In this document: piece after piece, positions 13,197 through 22,562 of the stretch
Numbering within the stretch: position 1 is the stretch's first letter
How the letters are laid out: each line of letters begins with the position of its first letter
Source: Escherichia coli
GTDB lineage: Bacteria > Pseudomonadota > Gammaproteobacteria > Enterobacterales > Enterobacteriaceae
NCBI RefSeq assembly: GCF_024502345.1
Contig: NZ_JALDNN010000003.1
DNA: 64,000 nucleotides
Strand: one strand, 5' to 3'
Notes under the pieces: model-generated
What the model saw: only the letters and a program-made list of their open reading frames with translations
What the model was told of the DNA's origin: nothing
Databases searched by the model: none
Translations under genes and position numbers: made by a program

Positions 13197-13808
13197 ATGA
13201 ACACAGACACCATCACCGATTCCAGTGCGGATGACCCCACCAAAGCACTGTGTTCGCTTAGCCAAAATTGGTGGCTTTTTGTGCTGCGCGGTGTCTTGGC
13301 ATTGATTTTTGCAGCCCTCGCGTTCTGGATGCCACAATCGGCTCTGTTGGCCATGACCATCATGTTCGGCGCATTTTCCTTGGTCAATGGCGCGTTCAAC
13401 TTGTTTGCAGCGGTGCGCCATATCCAGAAAAAAGAGCGCTGGGGCTGGTTGTTGTTCAGCGGCATTGTCGGCATACTTACGGGCGTCGTCGTCCTGGTTG
13501 CTCCTTGGGTCGCCACGATAGTCCTGGCTTCTTTTTTATGGGCTAGCGTGGGCTTCTGGGCGATTTTCACCGGTGTGCTGGAGATATCTGCCGCCGTTCG
13601 GCTGCGTCGGGAAATCAAGGGTGAAATCTGGCTTGCCCTCAGTGGACTGCTCTCGATTATCCTTGGTGCTATCGTCTTGTGGATATTTTTTACCCGCCCG
13701 GTCGAGTCATTCGTGGCCGCAGGCTGGCTGTTGGGTTTCCATGCGGCAGTCTATGGCGTCACGCTTTTGTTCTTGAGTTGGAGTCTTCGCAAAACGCGCC
13801 AGGGGTAA
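13197..13808 (+). CDS. hdeD: HdeD-family acid-resistance membrane protein
   Basis: Six hydrophobic segments; HdeD-like N-terminus (NWWLFVLRGVLALIFAALAF...). Confidence 0.8.
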   Translation: MNTDTITDSSADDPTKALCSLSQNWWLFVLRGVLALIFAALAFWMPQSALLAMTIMFGAFSLVNGAFNLFAAVRHIQKKERWGWLLFSGIVGILTGVVVLVAPWVATIVLASFLWASVGFWAIFTGVLEISAAVRLRREIKGEIWLALSGLLSIILGAIVLWIFFTRPVESFVAAGWLLGFHAAVYGVTLLFLSWSLRKTRQG

Positions 13809-13887
13809 GAGCGTGCCAAACCAAAATCTATGGATATGAGCATCCTCGATTCATGCCTCCATAGAAATGACATCGAAGGAGTCATAC

Positions 13888-14562
13888 ATGCAGATACAAT
13901 ATAGCTATCGAGCTATCGACAAAGAGTTTCATGAACCTTGGCAGAGAGCTTTGGGAAATGTGATCGAGCACGCCCTCAAGCCATTGCTCGACAAACACAC
14001 TAAAGATTCAGCGCGACTTCAAATCGTCCTTGATCGCGACAAGATCAAGCGGCAATTTCTGGCCAGTGGCTATATGCACCTGCCCGGCAAAAAGATTGTC
14101 AGTGTTACTGCATCACATGACGAGCTGACGCCCCTCGCGCAGATGCTCGCAAAGTCGTTGTTCCGTCAGGCCAAGAAGCATTTTGACCGACTGCATGCTC
14201 AGGATCAAATCAAGCGCAAAGCACGACGCGAGCGCTTGCGCGAGCTCAAGGTGCGGATTGCCGCAAAACCCGCATCAGCCGCCCATGAGGCCGAGGTGAT
14301 CCGAATGCCTCTACTGTCGAAACTTGAGGCTGTCGCAAGGCGTGAGCTGGCTTATCTGCGGGCCGTCGGCGATTTACCGCGCGATTATCCGACGCTGCGC
14401 GACGTGGTGGATGAAGCGATTGTCCAAGCTGAGGTGGAATGGCAATCCGTGCCGGAAGAAAAAGCGGTTCGGTATAAGACATGGGGGCAGCACCGTACCG
14501 GAAAGGTCAGGTGTTGCACTCAGTTTTTGCCGCCGCCAAGCATCAACCAGATAATCCGATGA
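13888..14562 (+). CDS. hypothetical protein (225 aa, basic/helical)
   Basis: AAGGAG RBS 6 nt upstream of ATG; no recognisable motif. Confidence 0.5.
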   Translation: MQIQYSYRAIDKEFHEPWQRALGNVIEHALKPLLDKHTKDSARLQIVLDRDKIKRQFLASGYMHLPGKKIVSVTASHDELTPLAQMLAKSLFRQAKKHFDRLHAQDQIKRKARRERLRELKVRIAAKPASAAHEAEVIRMPLLSKLEAVARRELAYLRAVGDLPRDYPTLRDVVDEAIVQAEVEWQSVPEEKAVRYKTWGQHRTGKVRCCTQFLPPPSINQIIR

Positions 14563-14645
14563 GATGCCGGTCTGTCTCACTCTCATGCAAAGGTAAGATC
14601 AACCATTTAATCCGCTTACCCCAGAATAATAGGGAGTGCATATAA

Positions 14646-15557
14646 ATGCATTTTTTGAATTTGCAGGTCACACAGGCAGAGCTCCTATCCGGCCTTATTT
14701 CCGTTTCCCAAACAGTTGCACAGATTGTGCTCGTCATGACCGTGGCGTGGCTCGTGTCCGCAGTGCTTTCGCGGGCCATCACACGCATCAGCAAAAGAAC
14801 CCGCACTTCCAAGAGATCTGCAGATGAGGTCAAACGCATTGAAACATCTCTTCGTCTGATCCGTTTCGTCAGTCGGCTGGTCGTGTGGGCCTTGGCCGTG
14901 ACCATTTCCCTCTCAATCCTTGGCATTTCTGTGGCACCGATCCTGACGACTGCGGGGGTAAGCGGCATCGCAGTGGGGTTTGCTGCGCAGAGCCTGATAA
15001 AAGACTATTTTTCGGGTTTGGTCTTGTTGCTGGAAGGGCAACTCCGCATCGGGGATATCGTGGATATTGGCGGTGTGGCAGGCCAAGTCGAAGAGATGAC
15101 GTTGCGCTATGTGCGCCTGCGTCAACTCAATGGTGACGTGGTCTATGTGCCCAACGGAGCCATCACCAATCTGACAAATAAGACAACGGACTATTCGATG
15201 GCCGTAATCGATGTCGGTGTCGCCTATCGCGAAAACCTTCAGGAGGCATTGAACGTTATGGAGAGTGTCGCCCGTGAGCTAGCTTCGGAAACAACCTGGT
15301 CAACGAGAATATTAGCCGAGCCAGAGGTCTTTGGGGTCGAAACGTTGGGTGACTCTTCGGTTATCCTGCGTCTTCGCCTCAAGGTCTTGCCAGGTGAGCA
15401 ATGGTCAATCCGGCGCGAATATCTGCACAGGATAAAACAGCGCTTCGACGAACTTGGCATCGAAATCCCTTATCCGCATCTGACGCTTTATGCCGGCCAG
15501 GACAAGGATGGAAAAGCCCCTGCCTTTCGGATCGAAGCTCCGGCTGGTGCCCAATGA
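14646..15557 (+). CDS. MscS-family mechanosensitive ion channel
   Basis: Three N-terminal TM helices and the conserved MscS core (GIAVGFAAQSLIKDYFSGLVLLLEGQLRIGDIVDIGGVAGQVEEMTLRYVRL). Confidence 0.8.
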   Translation: MHFLNLQVTQAELLSGLISVSQTVAQIVLVMTVAWLVSAVLSRAITRISKRTRTSKRSADEVKRIETSLRLIRFVSRLVVWALAVTISLSILGISVAPILTTAGVSGIAVGFAAQSLIKDYFSGLVLLLEGQLRIGDIVDIGGVAGQVEEMTLRYVRLRQLNGDVVYVPNGAITNLTNKTTDYSMAVIDVGVAYRENLQEALNVMESVARELASETTWSTRILAEPEVFGVETLGDSSVILRLRLKVLPGEQWSIRREYLHRIKQRFDELGIEIPYPHLTLYAGQDKDGKAPAFRIEAPAGAQ

Positions 15558-15568
15558 CACGGCCAAAA

Positions 15569-16388
15569 GGCACTGTTGCAAATAGTCGGTGGTGATAAAC
15601 TTATCATCCCCTTTTGCTGATGGAGCTGCACATGAACCCATTCAAAGGCCGGCATTTTCAGCGTGACATCATTCTGTGGGCCGTACGCTGGTACTGCAAA
15701 TACGGCATCAGTTACCGTGAGCTGCAGGAGATGCTGGCTGAACGCGGAGTGAATGTCGATCACTCCACGATTTACCGCTGGGTTCAGCGTTATGCGCCTG
15801 AAATGGAAAAACGGCTGCGCTGGTACTGGCGTAACCCTTCCGATCTTTGCCCGTGGCACATGGATGAAACCTACGTGAAGGTCAATGGCCGCTGGGCGTA
15901 TCTGTACCGGGCCGTCGACAGCCGGGGCCGCACTGTCGATTTTTATCTCTCCTCCCGTCGTAACAGCAAAGCTGCATACCGGTTTCTGGGTAAAATCCTC
16001 AACAACGTGAAGAAGTGGCAGATCCCGCGATTCATCAACACGGATAAAGCGCCCGCCTATGGTCGCGCGCTTGCTCTGCTCAAACGCGAAGGCCGGTGCC
16101 CGTCTGACGTTGAACACCGACAGATTAAGTACCGGAACAACGTGATTGAATGCGATCATGGCAAACTGAAACGGATAATCGGCGCCACGCTGGGATTTAA
16201 ATCCATGAAGACGGCTTACGCCACCATCAAAGGTATTGAGGTGATGCGTGCACTACGCAAAGGCCAGGCCTCAGCATTTTATTATGGTGATCCCCTGGGC
16301 GAAATGCGCCTGGTAAGCAGAGTTTTTGAAATGTAAGGCCTTTGAATAAGACAAAAGGCTGCCTCATCGCTAACTTTGCAACAGTGCC
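15569..16388 (+). mobile_element. IS26 (IS6 family), copy 1, intact 820 bp
   Basis: 14-bp terminal inverted repeats GGCACTGTTGCAAA at 15569 and TTTGCAACAGTGCC ending 16388; canonical tnpA inside; flanking 8 bp differ (no direct target duplication). Confidence 0.95.
15632..16336 (+). CDS. tnpA: IS26 transposase Tnp26
   Basis: MNPFKGRHFQRDIILWAVRWYCKYGISYRELQEMLAERGVNVDHSTIYRWVQRYAPEME..., 234 aa. Confidence 0.95.
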   Translation: MNPFKGRHFQRDIILWAVRWYCKYGISYRELQEMLAERGVNVDHSTIYRWVQRYAPEMEKRLRWYWRNPSDLCPWHMDETYVKVNGRWAYLYRAVDSRGRTVDFYLSSRRNSKAAYRFLGKILNNVKKWQIPRFINTDKAPAYGRALALLKREGRCPSDVEHRQIKYRNNVIECDHGKLKRIIGATLGFKSMKTAYATIKGIEVMRALRKGQASAFYYGDPLGEMRLVSRVFEM

Positions 16389-16709
16389 GAAGAAACAACC
16401 GCGTACTGGATGATTACCCCACCAAAAGGGAAAATATTAGGCGTTGTCAAAGGGAAACCTGCGTGGGTTGATATTCCTCCGCCAACACAGGAAGAGCTGA
16501 TCCAGGTCGCTGAGCGTGAGAAAAAGCGACTAATTAATGTGGCTAACGACTTCATTAATAGTAAACAATGGCCTGGTAAAGCGGCAATCAAACGACTGAA
16601 AGACAATGAACTGGTGCAATACAATCTGTGGCTTGATTATCTTGATTACCTTGAATCAACAGACGCATCAACAGCACCTGATATTGACTGGCCTGAGATG
16701 CCAATATAG
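16389..16709 (+). pseudogene. Phage tail-fibre assembly protein (Tfa), C-terminal fragment truncated by IS26
   Basis: Frame is open from the IS26 boundary; C-terminus ...LWLDYLDYLESTDASTAPDIDWPEMPI resembles Tfa C-termini. Confidence 0.6.
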
Positions 16710-16819
16710 GAACCTTTTGTGGATTGAGATTTTTAATGTCAGCGAAGCTCTTCGTCAAAAGTGAAACTCTGATAACCTGGTTCTACTGACGAACAGAAGG
16801 ATAAGCAGGAGATCGCTTT

Positions 16820-17380
16820 ATGATTATTGGGTATGCACGAGTATCAAGTAACCATCAGGACACCGAGCTTCAGATGCAGGCGCTCAGAGCTGCTGGCTGT
16901 AAGTTAATTTTTGAGGAAAAGGCTTCTGGCCGTAAGACGAACCGACCAATTTTGAAGAAAGTGGTTGAGATGCTTGAACCCGGTGACGAGCTGGTCATCT
17001 GGAAGCTGGATCGTATCGGTCGCAATGTGCTGCACGCATTATTGACGTTTCAGAGCCTCGCAGAACGCAATGTTAACATCCGTTCTATTACTGATGGCGT
17101 TGACCTGAGTACCGCCAGTGGGCGCTATAACTTCCGTAATATTCTCTCTGCGGCACAATATGAGTCTGATCTGAATAGTGAACGCACTTTGGCGGGGTTA
17201 GCGGTTGCCCGCGCTAAGGGGAGGATTGGCGGACGTAAGCCTAAGTTCACTAATGAGCACTGGGATGCGTTTGAACGGGAAATTAAGTCCGGCTGCTCAC
17301 ATCGTGATATAGCTCTCAAATATGGAGTCGGCCTGTCGACTCTCTACAAACGTTATCCGGCTCAGCAAGAGCATCAGTAA
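16820..17380 (+). CDS. Serine recombinase, DNA-invertase type (Hin/Gin/Pin/Cin-like)
   Basis: MIIGYARVSSNHQDTELQ... with catalytic Ser near the N-terminus and C-terminal HTH (GVGLSTLYKRYPA); position after a tfa fragment matches phage invertible-segment layout. Confidence 0.85.
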   Translation: MIIGYARVSSNHQDTELQMQALRAAGCKLIFEEKASGRKTNRPILKKVVEMLEPGDELVIWKLDRIGRNVLHALLTFQSLAERNVNIRSITDGVDLSTASGRYNFRNILSAAQYESDLNSERTLAGLAVARAKGRIGGRKPKFTNEHWDAFEREIKSGCSHRDIALKYGVGLSTLYKRYPAQQEHQ

Positions 17381-17622
17381 ACACTCTTTGCGTTCATTTT
17401 TGCACTGTGCAGAATGTGTCTTTTTGGCACCTTCCGACAGTGCAAAATTTATCGCGTTTTTGTGCAAAAAAAATCGCCGCGCTACAAAACGTGTGCTATA
17501 CTTGTGCTCATGCGGTTGGATTTCCTATCCCCCCGACCCGCGCTGCGGCGGGCCGAAAAATCCCAGGGATGGGTTTTTTCGGTGTTTTCCTCGTTGGCAC
17601 ATTCAAGAGTAAGGAGCGTTCC

Positions 17623-18231
17623 ATGAAGCTGTATTACACCCCCGGCGCCTGTTCCATGGCCCCGCACATCGCCCTGCGCGAAGCCGGCCTGAAATTCGAC
17701 CTGGAAAAGGTCGACCTGATGACCAAGAAAACCGAATCGGGCGCCGACTTCACCGCCATCAATCCCAAAGGCTACGTGCCGGCGCTGCAGCTCGACAACG
17801 GCCAGGTGCTGACCGAGGTCGGCGTGGTGCTGCAATACATCGCCGACCAGAAGCCGGGCAGCGGACTGGCCCCGGCCGCCGGCACGCTCGAGCGCTACCG
17901 CCTGATGGAGATGCTGAATTTCATCTCCACCGAGCTGCACAAGAACTTCGGTCCGCTGTTCAACCCGGCGGCCGGCGACGACGCCAAGAAAGCAGCCATC
18001 GAGATGATCGGCAAGCGCCTTGGCTACCTCGACCAGCAGCTGGCCGGCAAGCAGTATCTGCTCGGTGACACCTTCACGGTGGCCGACTGCTACCTCGCCA
18101 CCATGCTCGGCTGGTGCCAGTACGCCAAGCTCGACCTGTCGGCCTGGCCGAACATCGGCGCTTACGCCGGCCGCGTGATGAGCCGCCCGGCGGTGATCGA
18201 GACGATGAAGGCCGAAGGCCTGATGGGCTGA
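17623..18231 (+). CDS. Glutathione S-transferase
   Basis: AAGGAG RBS; MKLYYTPGACSMAPHIALREAGL... typical GST N-terminal thioredoxin-like fold; about 67% GC. Confidence 0.8.
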   Translation: MKLYYTPGACSMAPHIALREAGLKFDLEKVDLMTKKTESGADFTAINPKGYVPALQLDNGQVLTEVGVVLQYIADQKPGSGLAPAAGTLERYRLMEMLNFISTELHKNFGPLFNPAAGDDAKKAAIEMIGKRLGYLDQQLAGKQYLLGDTFTVADCYLATMLGWCQYAKLDLSAWPNIGAYAGRVMSRPAVIETMKAEGLMG

Positions 18232-18314
18232 GGGCCACCTGCCGATGCGGCGCGGGTCACGCCCGCGCCGCACGGCGTCAATCCATACCCCCCATCGATT
18301 CCCCAGGAGCCCCC

Positions 18315-19106
18315 ATGCTCGTCGAACGCATCTGGACCGGTAATTCGTACCGCAACTTCAACTACCTGATCGCCTGCCCCGAGACCGGCGAAGCGCTGGC
18401 GATCGATCCGCTGGACCATGAAAAAACCCTGAACACGGCCAGGGTCAAGGGCTGGCAGATCACGCAGATCCTCAACACGCACGAGCACCACGACCACACC
18501 GGCGGCAACGCGGCCGTGGTGGCGGCCACCGGCGCCAAGGTGATCGCGCACCACAAGGCCGCGGGCAAGATCGAAGGCATGGACCGCGGCGTGAAGGCCG
18601 GGGACGTGATCAAGGTCGGCCGGCACATCGAACTGGAATGCCTGGACACGCCCGGCCACACGATGTGCCACATCTGCCTGCGCTCGCACACCGACGAGCC
18701 GGCGCTGTTCTCCGGCGACACGCTGTTCAACGCGGGCGCGGGCAACGTGCACTACGGCGGCAGCGTGGACGAGCTCTACACCACCTTCGTGCAGCAGCTC
18801 GCGAAGCTGCCGGAGAACACCCGCGTCTACCCGGGGCACGACTACATCGAGAACAACCTGCGCTTCACGCTCGCGCGCGAGCCCGGCAACGCGGCCGCGC
18901 AGGCATTGCTGCCGCGGGTGACCGGGCATGACCCGGCCACTTCGGTGGTCACCACGCTGGCCGAGGAGAAGCGCTTCAACACCTTCTTCCGCCTGGCCAG
19001 CCCCGAGGTGATCGCCAAGCTGCGCGAGAGCTTTCCCGAGCTGCCGGAACAGCCCGACGCGAAGACCGTGTTCACCAAGCTGCGCGAGCTGCGCAACCAG
19101 TGGTGA
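18315..19106 (+). CDS. gloB: Hydroxyacylglutathione hydrolase (glyoxalase II), metallo-beta-lactamase fold
   Basis: AGGAG RBS; metal-binding motif THEHHDHTGGN; C-terminal glyoxalase-II-like region. Confidence 0.75.
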   Translation: MLVERIWTGNSYRNFNYLIACPETGEALAIDPLDHEKTLNTARVKGWQITQILNTHEHHDHTGGNAAVVAATGAKVIAHHKAAGKIEGMDRGVKAGDVIKVGRHIELECLDTPGHTMCHICLRSHTDEPALFSGDTLFNAGAGNVHYGGSVDELYTTFVQQLAKLPENTRVYPGHDYIENNLRFTLAREPGNAAAQALLPRVTGHDPATSVVTTLAEEKRFNTFFRLASPEVIAKLRESFPELPEQPDAKTVFTKLRELRNQW

Positions 19107-19151
19107 GCAGCGGCCGGCGCCGGCCCCTTACTTCAGCGTGAACCGCACGGT

Positions 19152-20165
19152 GTGCACTTCCATGTCTGCGCAGTCGATGGCGTGTTTGAGGAAGTGGCGG
19201 GCGAGGAGGGCGATGCTGCTGATGCAGCTTCTCAAAGCTCACCATCGCGCATCATCTTCCACCCCGCCACCGGCGTGACTGCGGATGCCGTGGGTCAGGT
19301 GCAGGCCAGCTTACGCAAACGCATCCTGCGCGCCTTTGTCGGACGGGGCCTGCTGGAGAGTTTCGAGGCCCAAGAGATGCTGGGCTACAAGCACAGCGGG
19401 TTTTCGGTGGACACCAGCGTGTGCATAGCGGCGCACGACCGCGCCGGGCTGGAGCGGCTGCTGCGCTACTGCGCCCGCCCGCCGTTTGCCATGGAGCGGC
19501 TGCGCAAAGCGGGCAGCGAGCTGGTCTACCGCTGCGCCAAGCAGCACAGCGAGCCCGGCAGCCTGCCTCACAACAAGCGCGGCGTAAAGGCCGATGAGAT
19601 CACCCTCACCCCGCTGGAGCTGATTGAACGTATCGCCAAGCTGGTGCCCCCGCCGCGCACGCACCGCCACCGCTACTTTGGCGTGCTGGCACCGAACTCA
19701 CCCTTGAGGCCTGCCGTCACGGCGCTGGCGCGTGATGCAGCGGTGAAACCGGCGCAGGTGCAAGCCGAGCCAGCCAGCACGGCTGCAGGCGAGGGCGCAC
19801 TTGGGGTAAGAAGCCCACTGCCAACCCAGACCGAGCCCGCCCAGCCGGTGCCACCCAAGCGCCCGGCGCACTATTTGTGGGCGGTGCTGATGGCCCGTAT
19901 CTACGAGGTGTTCCCGCTGCTGTGCCCCATCTGCGGCGGGCAAATGCACATCATCGCCTTCATCACACACAGTGCCGATATCCGCCAAATACTGGAGCAC
20001 ATCGGGGTGGAGACGGAGCCGCCGCACATCACCCCGGCACGCGGGCCGCCACTGTGGGACGAGTGCGACGCGCAAGCCGCAGAGGGCGTGGAGCCAGCCC
20101 CAGACTGGGATGAAGCGACCCAACCGGCCCCGGACTTCGAGGTCGATCAGCGCGTCAGTTGGTAG
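19152..20165 (+). pseudogene. IS91/ISCR-family (HUH, rolling-circle) transposase, N-terminally truncated
   Basis: ORF opens at an HUH-like motif (HFHVCAVDGVF) and contains HRHRYFGVLAPNS and a CPICGG zinc-ribbon-like motif; no N-terminal domain; abuts the gloB stop. Confidence 0.4.
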
Positions 20166-20582
20166 GGTGGCAACAGCGGTTAACAGTGGTTTTGCCAACG
20201 TTGCGAGGCAGCGCTGCGCCTGTCACCGCCAAAAACGGGTCATACCGAAAAATCTCGGGCAACTGGCTTTGAGAAATCAACCCAGCAGTCCCCTGTGTGC
20301 ATGCCTGAGACGCCCCAAACTGTGGGGAGGTGATCGTTTTTGCATGGGGGAGAGGTCTTGATAAAATGCCGGGAGGGCTTGCGGTAAGCGAGATTGAGAG
20401 AAAAACTGAGTTTTGCACTACTAAAAAAGAAATGAGAAAAAATAGCTATTTTTGCGTTTAATTTTGCACTTTTATGAAAGTCTTTAGATCCGTTTTAAAG
20501 ACCGTTTAAGCATTTATCAATGCCAGGCACTATACCGTATAGTAGGTTGGTATGTAAGAAGTTGGCTCTGACACCATCTAGC

Positions 20583-21215
20583 TTAAACGGCCTTCTTGTC
20601 TTCACTTGTTAGGCCAGATTCGGCTGCCTTCTGATCAAGTTCAGATGACCCTTTTTTCATCTGCTCATGTATTCGAAGTAAGCGCTCTTGTTCTGCTTGT
20701 GGTAGTTCTACCAGTACGCTGAGCGTATCGTTATATTTCGAGAGAAGATCTAGTACACCTCTAACCCCCATCCTTGCATAGATATCGATGAGTTTCTTTT
20801 TCTCATCGTGGTCTAATGCTTCAAAAAACATTGCCCATGTTAGAGATAAAAATTTGTCATCCTTAAGTGGCACTGCTGTAAATGCGAAAGGACTTGAGCC
20901 ATCGGTTAAACCATTCTCTATGATTGGTTGAGCCTGTCCATTGCTGCTATGAGCTTCATCCAACATGTAGACGCCATCCTTACCGGTCGCTAGCCACGCA
21001 AGGCTCACGTTTTCTATCTCTGAAATTTTCACCAGGATTTCCACACTCGGAGTGGCTGAACGTGCGAAGTAGTTGTTCAGCGTCGAGTATGGCAGGTCCC
21101 AATCTAGAGAAACTTTCCTGAGACTTCTCCCTTTGAAAAGAGACTTCATCCTATCGCGAATACTTTCTTTTCCTGATTGAGCAAAAGAAACATTCTCTTT
21201 CTTTACTGTATTCAT
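20583..21215 (-). CDS. Mu-like phage repressor (c/Repc family)
   Basis: 210 aa ending ...SEDKKAV (Mu repressor ends ...KKAV); divergent from ner. Confidence 0.65.
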   Translation of the reverse strand: MNTVKKENVSFAQSGKESIRDRMKSLFKGRSLRKVSLDWDLPYSTLNNYFARSATPSVEILVKISEIENVSLAWLATGKDGVYMLDEAHSSNGQAQPIIENGLTDGSSPFAFTAVPLKDDKFLSLTWAMFFEALDHDEKKKLIDIYARMGVRGVLDLLSKYNDTLSVLVELPQAEQERLLRIHEQMKKGSSELDQKAAESGLTSEDKKAV

Positions 21216-21397
21216 TTTCTTTTCCTTTTAACTGGTTGAAATAATTAATTAAAATTGATTTTCTCACCTGAGTTTTCTCACATGAGAAAAGAAAGAGCTT
21301 TATTTGCTTTACTCTTTCTCAAATTGGATCAATACTTATCCCAACGGATAACCCCTGCGGATTATCCGCCCGGTTAACTTTTTAGGGTAATCGAAGT

Positions 21398-21625
21398 ATG
21401 GAAATAAATGAAGTACAGCGTGACTGGCATCGCATTGATATTGTCGCCGAGCTGCACAAGCGTGGCGTCACTATGCGCGGCCTTTCCGCCAGCGCGGGAC
21501 TAAAACCCGACACGCTGAAAAATGCGCTGGCACGCTCTTATCCAAAAGGAGAGCGCATTATTGCAAATGCTCTCAATTTAGAACCCGCCAGTATCTGGCC
21601 AAGCCGTTACAACAAGGACCTGTGA
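21398..21625 (+). CDS. ner: Ner-like DNA-binding protein
   Basis: 75 aa; ...RDWHRIDIVAELHKRGVTMRGLSASAGLKPDTLKNALARSYPKGERIIANALNLEPASIWPSRY matches Mu Ner closely. Confidence 0.75.
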   Translation: MEINEVQRDWHRIDIVAELHKRGVTMRGLSASAGLKPDTLKNALARSYPKGERIIANALNLEPASIWPSRYNKDL

Positions 21626-21626
21626 C

Positions 21627-21742
21627 ATGTTCGTGACTGTTAACGAATTAGTTGGCGTCCCTGGACTGCCAACAACACAACAAGGACTGCGATACAGCCT
21701 TAAAAAAAGTGCAGGCAACTCCCCTGAACTGGTTCGCAAACG
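21627..21742 (+). pseudogene. MuA-like transposase, first 39 codons only (truncated by IS26)
   Basis: MFVTVNELVGVPGLPTTQQGLRYSLKKSAGNSPELVRKR starts 2 nt after the ner stop as in Mu; interrupted by the IS26 left repeat. Confidence 0.5.
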
Positions 21743-22562
21743 GGCACTGTTGCAAATAGTCGGTGGTGATAAACTTATCATCCCCTTTTGCTGATGGAGC
21801 TGCACATGAACCCATTCAAAGGCCGGCATTTTCAGCGTGACATCATTCTGTGGGCCGTACGCTGGTACTGCAAATACGGCATCAGTTACCGTGAGCTGCA
21901 GGAGATGCTGGCTGAACGCGGAGTGAATGTCGATCACTCCACGATTTACCGCTGGGTTCAGCGTTATGCGCCTGAAATGGAAAAACGGCTGCGCTGGTAC
22001 TGGCGTAACCCTTCCGATCTTTGCCCGTGGCACATGGATGAAACCTACGTGAAGGTCAATGGCCGCTGGGCGTATCTGTACCGGGCCGTCGACAGCCGGG
22101 GCCGCACTGTCGATTTTTATCTCTCCTCCCGTCGTAACAGCAAAGCTGCATACCGGTTTCTGGGTAAAATCCTCAACAACGTGAAGAAGTGGCAGATCCC
22201 GCGATTCATCAACACGGATAAAGCGCCCGCCTATGGTCGCGCGCTTGCTCTGCTCAAACGCGAAGGCCGGTGCCCGTCTGACGTTGAACACCGACAGATT
22301 AAGTACCGGAACAACGTGATTGAATGCGATCATGGCAAACTGAAACGGATAATCGGCGCCACGCTGGGATTTAAATCCATGAAGACGGCTTACGCCACCA
22401 TCAAAGGTATTGAGGTGATGCGTGCACTACGCAAAGGCCAGGCCTCAGCATTTTATTATGGTGATCCCCTGGGCGAAATGCGCCTGGTAAGCAGAGTTTT
22501 TGAAATGTAAGGCCTTTGAATAAGACAAAACGCTGCCTCATCGCTAACTTTGCAACAGTGCC
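21743..22562 (+). mobile_element. IS26, copy 2, intact 820 bp (one substitution versus copies 1 and 3)
   Basis: Terminal repeats at 21743 and 22549-22562; ACAAAACGCTGCC near the right end versus ACAAAAGGCTGCC in the other copies; no flanking 8-bp duplication. Confidence 0.95.
21806..22510 (+). CDS. tnpA: IS26 transposase Tnp26
   Basis: Identical translation to copy 1. Confidence 0.95.
   Translation: MNPFKGRHFQRDIILWAVRWYCKYGISYRELQEMLAERGVNVDHSTIYRWVQRYAPEMEKRLRWYWRNPSDLCPWHMDETYVKVNGRWAYLYRAVDSRGRTVDFYLSSRRNSKAAYRFLGKILNNVKKWQIPRFINTDKAPAYGRALALLKREGRCPSDVEHRQIKYRNNVIECDHGKLKRIIGATLGFKSMKTAYATIKGIEVMRALRKGQASAFYYGDPLGEMRLVSRVFEM

Larger units (their letters stand above)
20221..21742 (+). 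mobile_element. Left-end module of a Mu-like transposable prophage (attL-like end, c repressor, ner, 5' end of A), truncated by IS26
   Basis: TGTCACCGCCAAAAACGGGTCATACCGAAAAATCTCGGG resembles the Mu left terminus/L1 site; divergent c and ner genes; 39 codons of a MuA-like N-terminus run into IS26 at 21743. Confidence 0.55.

Noticed and set aside
15614-15631. N-terminal MLMELH extension of the IS26 transposase in the ORF track
   Set aside because: The established Tnp26 start is the downstream ATG (MNPFKG...), so the CDS was called from 15632.
15488-16159. 223-aa minus-strand ORF inside IS26 (repeated at 21578-22333 and 39018-39635)
   Set aside because: Antisense to the IS26 transposase gene; IS26 has a single known transposase ORF.
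17482-18929. Two minus-strand ORFs (263 aa and 255 aa)
   Set aside because: Antisense to the GST and gloB genes in 67% GC DNA; the sense-strand genes have RBSs and conserved motifs.
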